A stretch of 64,000 nt of DNA, taken from contig PSPG01000001.1 in the NCBI GenBank assembly GCA_003193925.1, forward strand, positions 32,001 through 96,000, given 5' to 3'. Numbering within the stretch: position 1 is the stretch's first letter; each line of letters starts with the position of its first letter. Of this stretch, positions 1 to 8,862 are shown piece by piece. Below the pieces are notes generated by a model. That model did not search any database. It was not told the origin of the DNA and was given only the letters and a program-made list of their open reading frames with translations. The position numbers and the translations under genes were made by a program. The stretch is from Candidatus Thalassarchaeum betae. Lineage in GTDB: Archaea; Thermoplasmatota; Poseidoniia; Poseidoniales; Thalassarchaeaceae.

Positions 1-444
1 ATGAGGACTCTGCACGCGAGGATGCCGATTCACGCTGCCAACGCCGCCGAGCTCGCGCGGAGGCTCGAGGCCCATCCCATGATCGAGAGAGTGAACCACA
101 CCTCGCTGCCGAGTTACGCCGACTACGAGGTCGCGCAGCGAATCATGCCAGCGGGCAGTGGCATGCTTTCCTACGTCGTTATGGGCGGCGACGAGGCCGC
201 CCTGCGATACATACGAACCCTCGAACTCATCTTCGAGGCCACTAGCCTTGGAGGGGTCGAGAGCTTGGTAGAGTGCCCGTTCAACACGAGCCACATGTTC
301 GTGCCAGAGGAGGTCCGCAGGGAGGCCGGAGTCATACCCGGCTTCGTGAGGATGAGCGTCGGCATCGAAGACATCGAGGACCTGTGGGCCGATATGGAGC
401 AGGCGCTCGTCGCTGCTAACGCCTTCCTCGAATCCCGAGCTTGA
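1..444 (+). CDS. PLP-dependent cystathionine gamma-synthase/lyase family protein, C-terminal part (runs off the window start)
   Basis: Cys/Met metabolism PLP C-terminal motifs: GMLSY, ATSLGGVESL, RMSVGIEDIEDLWADMEQAL. Confidence 0.9.
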   Translation: MRTLHARMPIHAANAAELARRLEAHPMIERVNHTSLPSYADYEVAQRIMPAGSGMLSYVVMGGDEAALRYIRTLELIFEATSLGGVESLVECPFNTSHMFVPEEVRREAGVIPGFVRMSVGIEDIEDLWADMEQALVAANAFLESRA

Positions 445-453
445 GGCTCCTTC

Positions 454-1053
454 ATGGACACCGAGTTGCTGGTGGCCACGCTCGTCTTCATCATACCAAT
501 GTGCTTCACACCCGGACCGAACAACGTACTGTGCGCGGCCCACGGCTCTCAGCATGGCCTGAGAGGAACCATGCCTCTGATAACTGGCATGGCGATAGGC
601 TGGTCCTCTCTAGGGCTTTTCGTCGGAGCTGCTACGGTCTTCATCGAGGAGAACGAGTCGTTCTTCAGCCTGCTCACATACGTCGGTGCCGCCTACATCG
701 CATATCTGGCATACAAGATCGCGACAGCCAAGCCGATTACCGACGAGGAACAGTCGAGTGAGCGTCTTGGTGTGATAACCGGAATCGTTCTACAGGTCGT
801 CAATGGCAAGGCATGGATCCACTTCCTCGTTCTTATGACGGCATTCGGAAGCCTGTTCGGGGCGGGCTTTGAGGGCAAGGTGGCCCTTGTTCTCCTCAAC
901 TTGCTCTTCGGTCTGCCCGCGGTGACGTGCTGGGCCGCCTTCGGCACTCTCTTGAGGCGCGCTTTCAGCAATCCCTCCTCAGCGAGGAATCTGAATCGTG
1001 CGATGGGGCTCTCCCTGTTCGCAGTGGCGGCCTGGATTGTCCTCTCGCATTAG
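454..1053 (+). CDS. LysE/RhtB family amino-acid exporter
   Basis: N-terminal TPGPNN motif, GAAYIAYLAYK, NGKAW, about 6 TM helices, 199 aa. Confidence 0.88.
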   Translation: MDTELLVATLVFIIPMCFTPGPNNVLCAAHGSQHGLRGTMPLITGMAIGWSSLGLFVGAATVFIEENESFFSLLTYVGAAYIAYLAYKIATAKPITDEEQSSERLGVITGIVLQVVNGKAWIHFLVLMTAFGSLFGAGFEGKVALVLLNLLFGLPAVTCWAAFGTLLRRAFSNPSSARNLNRAMGLSLFAVAAWIVLSH

Positions 1054-2754
1054 TCAGGGCATCGGGCCCGCACCGCTGGCTTCGGCGAGCCACCTCATGG
1101 CAGCCTCGTAGTCCTGAGCCGCATCGAGGTTATCCTTCAGCAACAGGTCCTCCGCTGCGTCCCACAGTGCTCGCATGGCCGGCACCCAGTCACCGCCCTT
1201 GTCCCGACTGGCTTCGTCGAAGCGCCAGGCATCCGACTCCGTCCTCTCGTGAACGTTGAGCCAAGCCCAGCCCATCGCCATCTCAAGGCCCTTGCCTTTG
1301 CGCGCTTTGGATACAGTCGCAGCGACTCCGTTCTCGACGGCATGGCGCACCAGAGCATCAGCGAAGTCGAGAGGCGAAGGCAAGGCCCCGATCTCCCATG
1401 GCAGCCTCTCTAGGCGCTTGGCTGTGGACAGGCTCTTGCCGAGTTCGCGCAGGAAGGCTCCGAAGCCCTGCTTGCGCTGCATTTGCTTGGCATGTATCGC
1501 TTCGGCTTCGCTTCCGGATATCCCGTAGATTTCATCCAGTATGGTCAGACCGTGGTCCGGCCACAACGCGACCAGATTGGGGTGACAGGCTGAATCCTCG
1601 AGACGAATCACATCCTCATCCAGTACCAGTACCAGTCCATCTGTCCTGATGTGGATCCCGGTGTTGAGTGAGTCCAGCACGCAGGCTATGCCCCTCCTCT
1701 CCTCCGAGTTCCCGGCCATGAGCTCTAGGAAACCGTCGCGTCCGTCTTCAGCGAACCAATGCGTGCCGAGGACGTAACCGTCGCTTATCGAGTTCAGTAT
1801 GCTGCTTCTGCAAGCCACTGCCAGAGCAGCGTCGTCGAAGGACATCCGAAGCCAAGCAGTGAGGACCTCCTCGAGATTCTCCTCGCCCTCCGCGGGTAGG
1901 GCGCGTCCCTCCGGCCACCCCTTTGGCTTCCACATCCACTCCGCTTCCGCCACATCGCTCAGGCGTGGCGGCATCATACCCATCGCCACGCTTTGGGCGA
2001 ACTGCTCCTCGCTCTTGGCCAGAGCAGCCGGCGTCAGGCCGACTACAGTGCCATTGAGAAATTCGAGGCGCAGCCACCCAGAGTCAGTCAACTCCCGTTC
2101 GAGGACAATAGACTCCTCGAGTCCCTTGCTCCACCTGACATCACCACCAGAGAGTTCTATGGAGGCATTGTCCAGACTCCAGTCGACCCACTCCTCTGGC
2201 GGATCCGGCTCACTGCCTGTGAATACGAAGCCACCCTCCCAGGAGAAGAACCACTGTCCTGATTTGGCGTGCTCGTCCCATACCAAGAGGCGCATCTTGG
2301 AGTGTGTGTGGTTCTGGATTCCAGCTAGGTGGCTCTGCTTCCCGTTGCCCCTGCGGATGTAACTAGATACACCGTAGAGCGGATTCTTGAACACGGCAAC
2401 AGTTGAACGGCCCTCCTCGCTGGCGGCCAGCAGACTGCCGGCCAGAGCGCGGCAGACGGGGTCCCCGCCTTTCTTCGCCATGCGCTTGCGAAGCCAACGG
2501 GGGTCGTTGCGCTTGGCAGCAACTGCGGGGAGTTCCTTCAGGGTCTTGCCCATCTTATCCTTCGAGAAGAAAGAACCGTCAATAGTACCCCTAATCTCAG
2601 GCACGAACACCTCGGGGTCGTCTAGGAGCTCCTGGAGATTTCTGCCCAGCCGCTGCTGGATTTCCTTGGAGGCCTGCTTGATACCGCGCACGCGGATTTT
2701 CTTGCGGCGGGTCCTATCCCCCGGGAAACGAACCTCTGCCGGTGGTTTCGCCAT
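1054..2754 (-). CDS. Hypothetical protein (~566 aa, soluble, basic N-terminus)
   Basis: Long ORF with host-like codon use; start moved to ATG 2754 (MAKPPAEVRF) to avoid overlapping dph5; no recognisable motif. Confidence 0.75.
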   Translation of the reverse strand: MAKPPAEVRFPGDRTRRKKIRVRGIKQASKEIQQRLGRNLQELLDDPEVFVPEIRGTIDGSFFSKDKMGKTLKELPAVAAKRNDPRWLRKRMAKKGGDPVCRALAGSLLAASEEGRSTVAVFKNPLYGVSSYIRRGNGKQSHLAGIQNHTHSKMRLLVWDEHAKSGQWFFSWEGGFVFTGSEPDPPEEWVDWSLDNASIELSGGDVRWSKGLEESIVLERELTDSGWLRLEFLNGTVVGLTPAALAKSEEQFAQSVAMGMMPPRLSDVAEAEWMWKPKGWPEGRALPAEGEENLEEVLTAWLRMSFDDAALAVACRSSILNSISDGYVLGTHWFAEDGRDGFLELMAGNSEERRGIACVLDSLNTGIHIRTDGLVLVLDEDVIRLEDSACHPNLVALWPDHGLTILDEIYGISGSEAEAIHAKQMQRKQGFGAFLRELGKSLSTAKRLERLPWEIGALPSPLDFADALVRHAVENGVAATVSKARKGKGLEMAMGWAWLNVHERTESDAWRFDEASRDKGGDWVPAMRALWDAAEDLLLKDNLDAAQDYEAAMRWLAEASGAGPMP

Positions 2755-2803
2755 CGTATCCCTGCCTTCGCGAGCCGTGGCCCCCGTTTGAGTGCGTCGA
2801 CCT

Positions 2804-3631
2804 TCACCCACCGATTCTGCGGCGCTCGAAGGCCTCTTCCTCCAATCCGTTGAACTCAGTTGGGAGTACGAACGCATGGACCGTCCCCCCCCTCAACTCG
2901 GCCAGATCCCCCAGATGCCCGGACAGCACGCGCTCCTGCTTTGTGCCTAGGTCACTGAGAAGAATCCCGCTCCACTCCCTGACGGGGCGCTCCAGACTGG
3001 CCCGGAGCCCGTCTTCTCCCCCCTCCAGCCGCTCGACCATCTTCTCGAGCAGCCCGACCGCTTCGGCCGGGCTCATGGGTCGGGGCCGCTCGACGCCCAT
3101 CCCAGTGGGGTCGAGATCGAGGAGCACGAGCGAGTGCAGACCACTCTCGAAGTTGTTGCACAGTATCTCCAGAGGCGATGTCGGCAGGTAGTCCCCGACT
3201 GCGAAGGGCAGCGTGACCTGCCTGCCGAAGCGATACGATTGCATTCCCGAGAGGGAGACCGCGAGAGCGGTCACACTCAATCCTGGAATGACATAGAAAC
3301 CGATGCCCTGCTCGGCACATCTGGCTTCCAGATCGATGTGCGTGGTGGCTTGCATCGGGTCACCGACGACGAGCAGTGCCACAGCCTTGCTGCGCGCGGA
3401 GGCAAGCAGCTCCGCAGGCTTCTCCACCTTATCTCGCATGAGTCTCTCCCAAGGGCCAATCACGGATTCGAGGCGCTCCTCCTCCCTCTGGGGCAGGACC
3501 GCTGTGTAACCCTCGAGGTATCGCTTGGAGCAGCCCCGAGCCACGCTGCGGGCACGCTCGGTCATGTGGTCGAGGTCACCCGGTCCGATGCCGATCAGCC
3601 AGAGGCCGGGAGCGGGCTCATCGTCCGTCAT
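2804..3631 (-). CDS. dph5: Diphthine synthase
   Basis: LWLIGIGPG, YLEGYT, LLVVGDPMQATTH, SGMQSYRFGRQVTLPF, GLHSLVLLD motifs; start at ATG 3631. Confidence 0.92.
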   Translation of the reverse strand: MTDDEPAPGLWLIGIGPGDLDHMTERARSVARGCSKRYLEGYTAVLPQREEERLESVIGPWERLMRDKVEKPAELLASARSKAVALLVVGDPMQATTHIDLEARCAEQGIGFYVIPGLSVTALAVSLSGMQSYRFGRQVTLPFAVGDYLPTSPLEILCNNFESGLHSLVLLDLDPTGMGVERPRPMSPAEAVGLLEKMVERLEGGEDGLRASLERPVREWSGILLSDLGTKQERVLSGHLGDLAELRGGTVHAFVLPTEFNGLEEEAFERRRIGG

Positions 3632-3659
3632 GGTGAAGCGGGCTGCCCCGCTGCCCGTC

Positions 3660-4841
3660 ATGAACGTGATGCGCCATCTGCTAGTCCCTAACCACCAAGT
3701 CGAGGATGCTCTCGGCCATATCCGCAGTCGAGGATGGCTCGCTCCGGGGATGAGGGTGTTCGCCTCAGAAGACGGCATTGCTCGACTGATTCCGCTCGAT
3801 CCAGGAGCGCCGCTAGAGCTTCCCCAAGCGCTTGCGTCATTCGATGTCACCAGTCATGAGGGGGAAATCGACGAGAGAGCGGACAGCGATTGGTGGGGCC
3901 ACCTATCCACACTCGTGGGCGATGAGGTGGTGGAGCGCCACCGGGAGGCATGGCCATCCTCTCACGAGTTCGTGGGTGACATGATGATTGTCAGAATCGA
4001 AGACGAGGTCGCCGGCTACGCTTCCCAAATCGCGCAGGCCAAGCTCCAGTCTCACCCCCATATCAGGCTGGTGCTCTCTGATGACGGCGTCCTCGGTGAA
4101 TTCAGAATCCGAGAGTTGTCTCCCATCGGAGCGAGGCGAGGTGATGAGATCCTCCTGCACGACATCCCAGCAGACCTCAGTGACACAAAAGTGCACGTCA
4201 GGGAGTCCGGTAGGAGCATACTCTGCGACCCGAGAAGGGCTTACTTCTCCACAAAGCTCCAGTCAGAGCGACTCGAGACTCTAGCACTTGCCAAGGAGCT
4301 CCGCTCCTTGCTCGGCAGACCGCTTCGCGTCTGCGACCCTTTCTGCGGGGTCGGCCCGGCTCTCGCGACACTGCTGGGCGAACCCGGCCTGGTGGGGGAT
4401 GCCCTAGCCTCTGATCTGAACCCCGACGCGGTAGAGATGCTGTTCGACAACCTGCGTCGCTGGGACCGCAGGGACTACCCGAGCGAGCCGAGCCCCCTCG
4501 CGCGGGTCCACGATGACATGATGGTTGGAGTGGCCGACGCCACTGAACTGGCAGGGGACACGACCATCGCAGGTAATTGGGACCTTGTCCTTGTCAATCT
4601 CCCTCATCGTTCCATCGAGTTCCTGCCGGTGCTCGCTCCCTTGCTTGACAGAACCTCCCCCTCCATGATCAGGGGCAGAGTGGTGGTTGCAGAATCTGAG
4701 ATCGACGCTGCAAACGCCGCCATTCGCTCCGCACTCCCAACTCGCCTGGAGGGCACGCCTGAGCCGGCGCTGCGAATCAAGCGCGACTACAGCAGCACGC
4801 TGCGACTCTGCTCCTTCGAGGCGTGGATTTCCCCCTCATAG
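3660..4841 (+). CDS. Trm5/Taw2-like SAM-dependent tRNA methyltransferase
   Basis: HEFVGD, GEFRIR, RAYFSTKLQSER, DPFCGVGP (SAM motif), DLNPDAV, VNLP. Confidence 0.82.
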   Translation: MNVMRHLLVPNHQVEDALGHIRSRGWLAPGMRVFASEDGIARLIPLDPGAPLELPQALASFDVTSHEGEIDERADSDWWGHLSTLVGDEVVERHREAWPSSHEFVGDMMIVRIEDEVAGYASQIAQAKLQSHPHIRLVLSDDGVLGEFRIRELSPIGARRGDEILLHDIPADLSDTKVHVRESGRSILCDPRRAYFSTKLQSERLETLALAKELRSLLGRPLRVCDPFCGVGPALATLLGEPGLVGDALASDLNPDAVEMLFDNLRRWDRRDYPSEPSPLARVHDDMMVGVADATELAGDTTIAGNWDLVLVNLPHRSIEFLPVLAPLLDRTSPSMIRGRVVVAESEIDAANAAIRSALPTRLEGTPEPALRIKRDYSSTLRLCSFEAWISPS

Positions 4842-4910
4842 GATGGAAAAGCATCGATGAACAGGGTGACGATTGGTGGGAGGCCGGCTACGACGCCGGT
4901 GCTGAGTGAG

Positions 4911-4986
4911 TGGCGCCCCGACCGGGATTTGAACCCGGGTCGCAGCCTCGACAGGGCTGCATGATAGGCCACTACACCATCAGGGC
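4911..4986 (-). tRNA. tRNA-Asp(GTC)
   Basis: Reverse complement gccctgatggtgtagtggcc...cagcc-ctGTCga-ggctg...ggttcaaatcc...ggggcgcca folds as a cloverleaf; CCA encoded. Confidence 0.96.
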
Positions 4987-5064
4987 TAGGGCTCCTCGAC
5001 ATCGACCCTCTTTTTCAATCTTTGATAGGGTATTGTTCATCACCCGCCCCCACTGGGGTTCGAC

Positions 5065-5658
5065 ATGGGTGAGCAGTCTCTCGTCATCGATGTCATCGAC
5101 AACGGCGGCCAGTGGACCCACCGCGAGTGGCGCATGCTGCGATATCTCGGAGTAGACACTCAGATTCTGCCCAACGACACCCCGCTGGACGACCTTCGGG
5201 AGATTGACGGACTGGTCCTCTCAGGCGGAGCAGCCCGCGTGGGTCTGACAGGCGAGTTGGGCAATTGCGCTGCCTACCTCGGCCTGTATGTGCCGATCTT
5301 AGGGATATGCGCCGGGCACCAGTTCATGGCTGGCCACTACGGCGGCCAGACCGCCGAGGCGCCCAAGCCAGAGTTCGGCCCCGCCTCGATTTCGCTGGTC
5401 GGTGGCGGCGGACAGTTGTTCGAGGGCACACCGGCGGAGCAGACGGTGTGGGAGAGCCACAACGACGAAGTCACGGAGGTGCCCTCCGGATTCAGCATCA
5501 CCGCTCACAGCCACTCGTGTAAGGTGCAGGGAATGGAGAAAGAGTCGGGAGACCGCTTCGGCCTGCAATTCCACCCCGAAGTCAACGATTCCGAGTACGG
5601 TGCGCGGATATTCGAGAACTTCGTCGCCATATGCGAACGGGCCCGAAGGGCCCGCTGA
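5065..5658 (+). CDS. guaAA: GMP synthase, glutamine amidotransferase subunit A
   Basis: IDNGGQWTHR, LSGG, PILGICAGHQ (catalytic Cys), SHND, GLQFHPEV (His-Glu). Confidence 0.93.
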   Translation: MGEQSLVIDVIDNGGQWTHREWRMLRYLGVDTQILPNDTPLDDLREIDGLVLSGGAARVGLTGELGNCAAYLGLYVPILGICAGHQFMAGHYGGQTAEAPKPEFGPASISLVGGGGQLFEGTPAEQTVWESHNDEVTEVPSGFSITAHSHSCKVQGMEKESGDRFGLQFHPEVNDSEYGARIFENFVAICERARRAR

Positions 5659-5701
5659 AGCATAGGACAGGTTGAAGAAGGCCTGCAAGGTCGCCGGCCC
5701 G

Positions 5702-5971
5702 ATGGCTAAGGAAGCAGACCGTATGATACTCCACAAGTGTAGGAACTGCAACCGTACTGACAAAAGGGCTTCGAGCTCCACCGAGCCGCCGAAATGCAGC
5801 CATTGCGAATCGTCGATGGATCCGCTCGAGATCCGCTACAAGTGCCTGCGCTGCGGACACCTGGCTTGGAACGAGGCGCAAACCACCGGGAGGTCCTGCC
5901 ACAAGTGCGGCTACCGCATCTTCGTAAAGCCCCGTAAGGAAGGCCGCCACAAGATCCTGAAGACCGAGTGA
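5702..5971 (+). CDS. rpoP: RNA polymerase subunit Rpo12 (RpoP)-like protein with an extra N-terminal zinc ribbon
   Basis: C-terminal YKCLRCG...CHKCGYRIFVKPR is the Rpo12 signature; it is preceded by an extra CRNC...CSHC; start 5702 or 5723. Confidence 0.78.
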   Translation: MAKEADRMILHKCRNCNRTDKRASSSTEPPKCSHCESSMDPLEIRYKCLRCGHLAWNEAQTTGRSCHKCGYRIFVKPRKEGRHKILKTE

Positions 5972-6011
5972 GCAGCGGGGTCTTCAAGTCCCGCCAATTC
6001 GACGACCCCTC

Positions 6012-7151
6012 GTGGCGGGCTGGCTCAACACTCACGCACCTCGGACATTCGACGAGTTGGCGGTGCCAGCTCAGCTCCGAGAGGCACTCGCCTCGGCCAG
6101 CCTGTCCGCAGACCCGCCTCACCTGTTGATCACCGGGCCGGCTGGGGTAGGCAAGACGGCTTCGTGGCGCCTAGTCGCTCGACAGGTCCTAGGCCCCGGA
6201 TGGAAATCCACCACCCACATTCTGCAGGCACGCGACCTAGTGCGCCAGCGCGGGGCGATGGCGCAGTTCGAGGCCTTCCTGCGCCCTGGAGGCCCGGGCT
6301 CCACTGACACTCTGGCGGGAAGGCTCAGCTTGGATGCCTTCGACAGGGGGATTGTGACCGGCTTGGCCGAGGATGTCGCCCCTGCCGGAAAAGAGGTCGA
6401 GTTGGCTCCCGGCGTGCTCCCAATCAGCCGTCTCATCGTGCTGGAGGACGCCGACTATCTAGGCTCTATCCGGCAGGCCTACCTTCGTAGGATGATGGAG
6501 ACTACCGGCTCGGCCTCGAGATTCGTCCTCGTGGCAAGAGCGCCTTCCCGCATCATCGACGCCCTGCGCTCCCGCACTCAGATGATACGAATCCCCTCGA
6601 CGAGCCGCGCAACCATGCTCGACAGGATGAGGACCGTCGCCGAGACTGAGGGGGTGGGGGCTGCTGACGGGGTCCTGGAGGATATAGCTTACATCTCGAA
6701 GGGCAATCTGCGCAAGGCCCTATTCACCCTCGAGATGCTGCACATCAGAGGCTTGGCCCACGACAGGTCAGCCGTCCATAGACTGGTGCAGGCGACGACT
6801 TTGCAGTCGGGCAGGCATCTGCTCGAGCTCGCACTGAGGGGTAGGGTGGTCGAGTGGAGATGGGAGAGCAGGGGCGGTCGCAAGAAGCGGATTCTGGCCG
6901 GCGCGCTCGCCGAGGTCGACCGCCTGATGAACGATCACGGTCTGGATTCGGATGATGTCGTCTCCCAACTCCATGACGTGCTGGTTGGCAGGAGACTCTC
7001 GTTGCCCGATGCCCTAAGGGAGGAGGTGCTGTCGGCATTGGCCGACTGCGACGCTCAACTGACGCGCTCGATGCACGCGCGAATCCCGTTCGAGAACTTC
7101 CTCCACAAGGTAGCTCGGGCAGGTCACACTCACGGCCTCGCTTTCGGCTGA
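6012..7151 (+). CDS. Replication factor C small subunit-like AAA+ protein (divergent)
   Basis: WLNTHAPRTFDEL, PHLLITGPAGVGKT (Walker A), LEDAD, LRRMME, IIDALRSR, GNLRKA. Confidence 0.85.
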   Translation: MAGWLNTHAPRTFDELAVPAQLREALASASLSADPPHLLITGPAGVGKTASWRLVARQVLGPGWKSTTHILQARDLVRQRGAMAQFEAFLRPGGPGSTDTLAGRLSLDAFDRGIVTGLAEDVAPAGKEVELAPGVLPISRLIVLEDADYLGSIRQAYLRRMMETTGSASRFVLVARAPSRIIDALRSRTQMIRIPSTSRATMLDRMRTVAETEGVGAADGVLEDIAYISKGNLRKALFTLEMLHIRGLAHDRSAVHRLVQATTLQSGRHLLELALRGRVVEWRWESRGGRKKRILAGALAEVDRLMNDHGLDSDDVVSQLHDVLVGRRLSLPDALREEVLSALADCDAQLTRSMHARIPFENFLHKVARAGHTHGLAFG

Positions 7152-7156
7152 GAGAG

Positions 7157-7234
7157 TGGCGGGCGCGGCAGGATTCGAACCCGCGGTCCCCGGCTTAGGA
7201 GGCCGGTGCATTATCCAGGCTGTGCTACGCGCCC
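7157..7234 (-). tRNA. tRNA-Arg(CCT)
   Basis: Reverse complement gggcgcgtagcacagcctggat...ccggc-ctCCTaa-gccgg...gggttcgaatcc...gcgcccgcca; CCA encoded. Confidence 0.95.
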
Positions 7235-7341
7235 GCTTGGCCCACGACGCCCCCTTCAAGAAAGGTGACGCTCGCAAAACCACGGCTCCGAAGGCGGAAT
7301 TAAGCCGATGCCATCAAACACACTTTGTCTTCCGGAGTTCC

Positions 7342-8793
7342 ATGGAGCCCCCCCGCTCCTCCCTTCCGACTCCCTACTCGGACTCGAGCAAGTTCGTTGA
7401 CAGCAGGCAGCGTGCCCTCCCTCGCAGAGTCGCAGCAAGAGACGCCGGCAGGCGTTTCTGGACCCGTCTGGCGACGATGCGCCCGGCCCCCGAACTCCGA
7501 CTCCTCCTCTCACTCATCGCGCCCGCGACAGCACTCCTCCTCCTGGCCGAGTGGGAGTTCGCCTCTTACCAGGCAGCCATCGCGGCCTTCTCAATCCTGG
7601 CCCTTCTCCTAGTCCCAACCAATATGGCCGCCGTCTTCGCTGGGATGTCTGCGCGAGACCGCCTCAAGCTCAGGGATGGTGGACAGAGGTCGATGGACGC
7701 CTACCCCGGGGTCGAGCGCATCCTCAACACGCTTCGTGAAAGGGTACTCAGAGAGAGAATCAGGCTCCTGTCAGCATTGCTCGGAACGCTATCGATCGTC
7801 GCGGTGTGGAACTTGGACACTGGTGAGTCGCTGGGCTCACTGCTGCTGGGGGCTTCCGCGGCCTTAGGAGTCCTGTGCCTGCTCAATTCGATGAGACTCG
7901 ATGAGTCCATACCAATGCGCTCGAACGCATTTCCACTCCTGTCCCTGCACGCACCCACCTTACATCACAGCGTTTTGGACAGACCACTGACCGACCTGAT
8001 GGTCGCCCACCTGGATCCGGAGACTGCGGGGGCTTGGGACGAGTGGGTGAGTTCGCTGGCCGAGAGCGTCAGGATAGATCAGACCGCCGACTCCGCCATA
8101 GAGCACCTCCTCCGTGCCCTGCATCTGAACGAGCAGCGATTGCTCGACGACGCGCGGCTGCTGACTGAGGCTAAGCGCGTCTTCAAGGTGGCAGCGATTG
8201 ACGGGCTCACGGACGACTCGAACAAGTTCAACCTGAAGTCGCTGAAGACCCTGCTGGCGCACACCAAAGCCTGGGAGCCGGGGCTCTTCCGCCTGATTGA
8301 CAGGCTGCAGGACTCGGCCATCAGGGTTGACCACACGCTGACCGAGGAGCTATGGAGGCTGGACCTCGACTTGCCACCTCGTTGCTCGCAGGGCCAAGCC
8401 GACTTGTTCGTACTGCTCCACAACAACACTGGCAGAACGACCAACGTGAAGGTGGATGTCGTCGTCGCCGAGGGTGAGCCCGCATTGCAGACCCTCAGGG
8501 TCGAGGCACCGCCCTCCCGACGCCTCGATAGGTCTCGAGTGGTGGATCAGGTGGATTCGCTCGGACGCCTCCTCGACGACGCGATCGTTCTGTGGATAGG
8601 CCTAGCTTGGCCCGATTCCGAGCTTGGCTCGCACCCCGTGCAAGTGACCCTTAGGGGGGAGGATGGCGAGACGCTGTCGTCGATAGTGGTCCAGACCACA
8701 CTCTCCTCGAAGGTGCAGCCGGAGAGCGTTGGACAGAGGATGTCGGACGCCGCATCCGCAGTTAGAAGGCTAACTCTCTCCATGACTGATTGA
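7342..8793 (+). CDS. Hypothetical membrane protein (about 4 TM helices, then a soluble domain)
   Basis: Hydrophobic segments in the N-terminal half; start trimmed to ATG 7342 (alternative 7477) because the longer ORF overlaps tRNA-Arg. Confidence 0.7.
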   Translation: MEPPRSSLPTPYSDSSKFVDSRQRALPRRVAARDAGRRFWTRLATMRPAPELRLLLSLIAPATALLLLAEWEFASYQAAIAAFSILALLLVPTNMAAVFAGMSARDRLKLRDGGQRSMDAYPGVERILNTLRERVLRERIRLLSALLGTLSIVAVWNLDTGESLGSLLLGASAALGVLCLLNSMRLDESIPMRSNAFPLLSLHAPTLHHSVLDRPLTDLMVAHLDPETAGAWDEWVSSLAESVRIDQTADSAIEHLLRALHLNEQRLLDDARLLTEAKRVFKVAAIDGLTDDSNKFNLKSLKTLLAHTKAWEPGLFRLIDRLQDSAIRVDHTLTEELWRLDLDLPPRCSQGQADLFVLLHNNTGRTTNVKVDVVVAEGEPALQTLRVEAPPSRRLDRSRVVDQVDSLGRLLDDAIVLWIGLAWPDSELGSHPVQVTLRGEDGETLSSIVVQTTLSSKVQPESVGQRMSDAASAVRRLTLSMTD

Positions 8794-8862
8794 GTGGAAT
8801 CGGGACACGGTCCCGAGCGTCACGTTCATGGCGCGATTGCGAGTGGCTCTGACCGAGTCACC

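Noticed and set aside
6240-6420. Intein in the RFC insertion (also looked for in NrdJ and Top6B)
   Set aside because: Too short, with no C/S...HN-C/S/T splice junctions or LAGLIDADG motifs.
7156-7341. N-terminal extension of the 545-aa ORF, and possible ncRNA in 7240-7470
   Set aside because: The extension overlaps tRNA-Arg on the other strand; no RNase P or SRP consensus motif was found.
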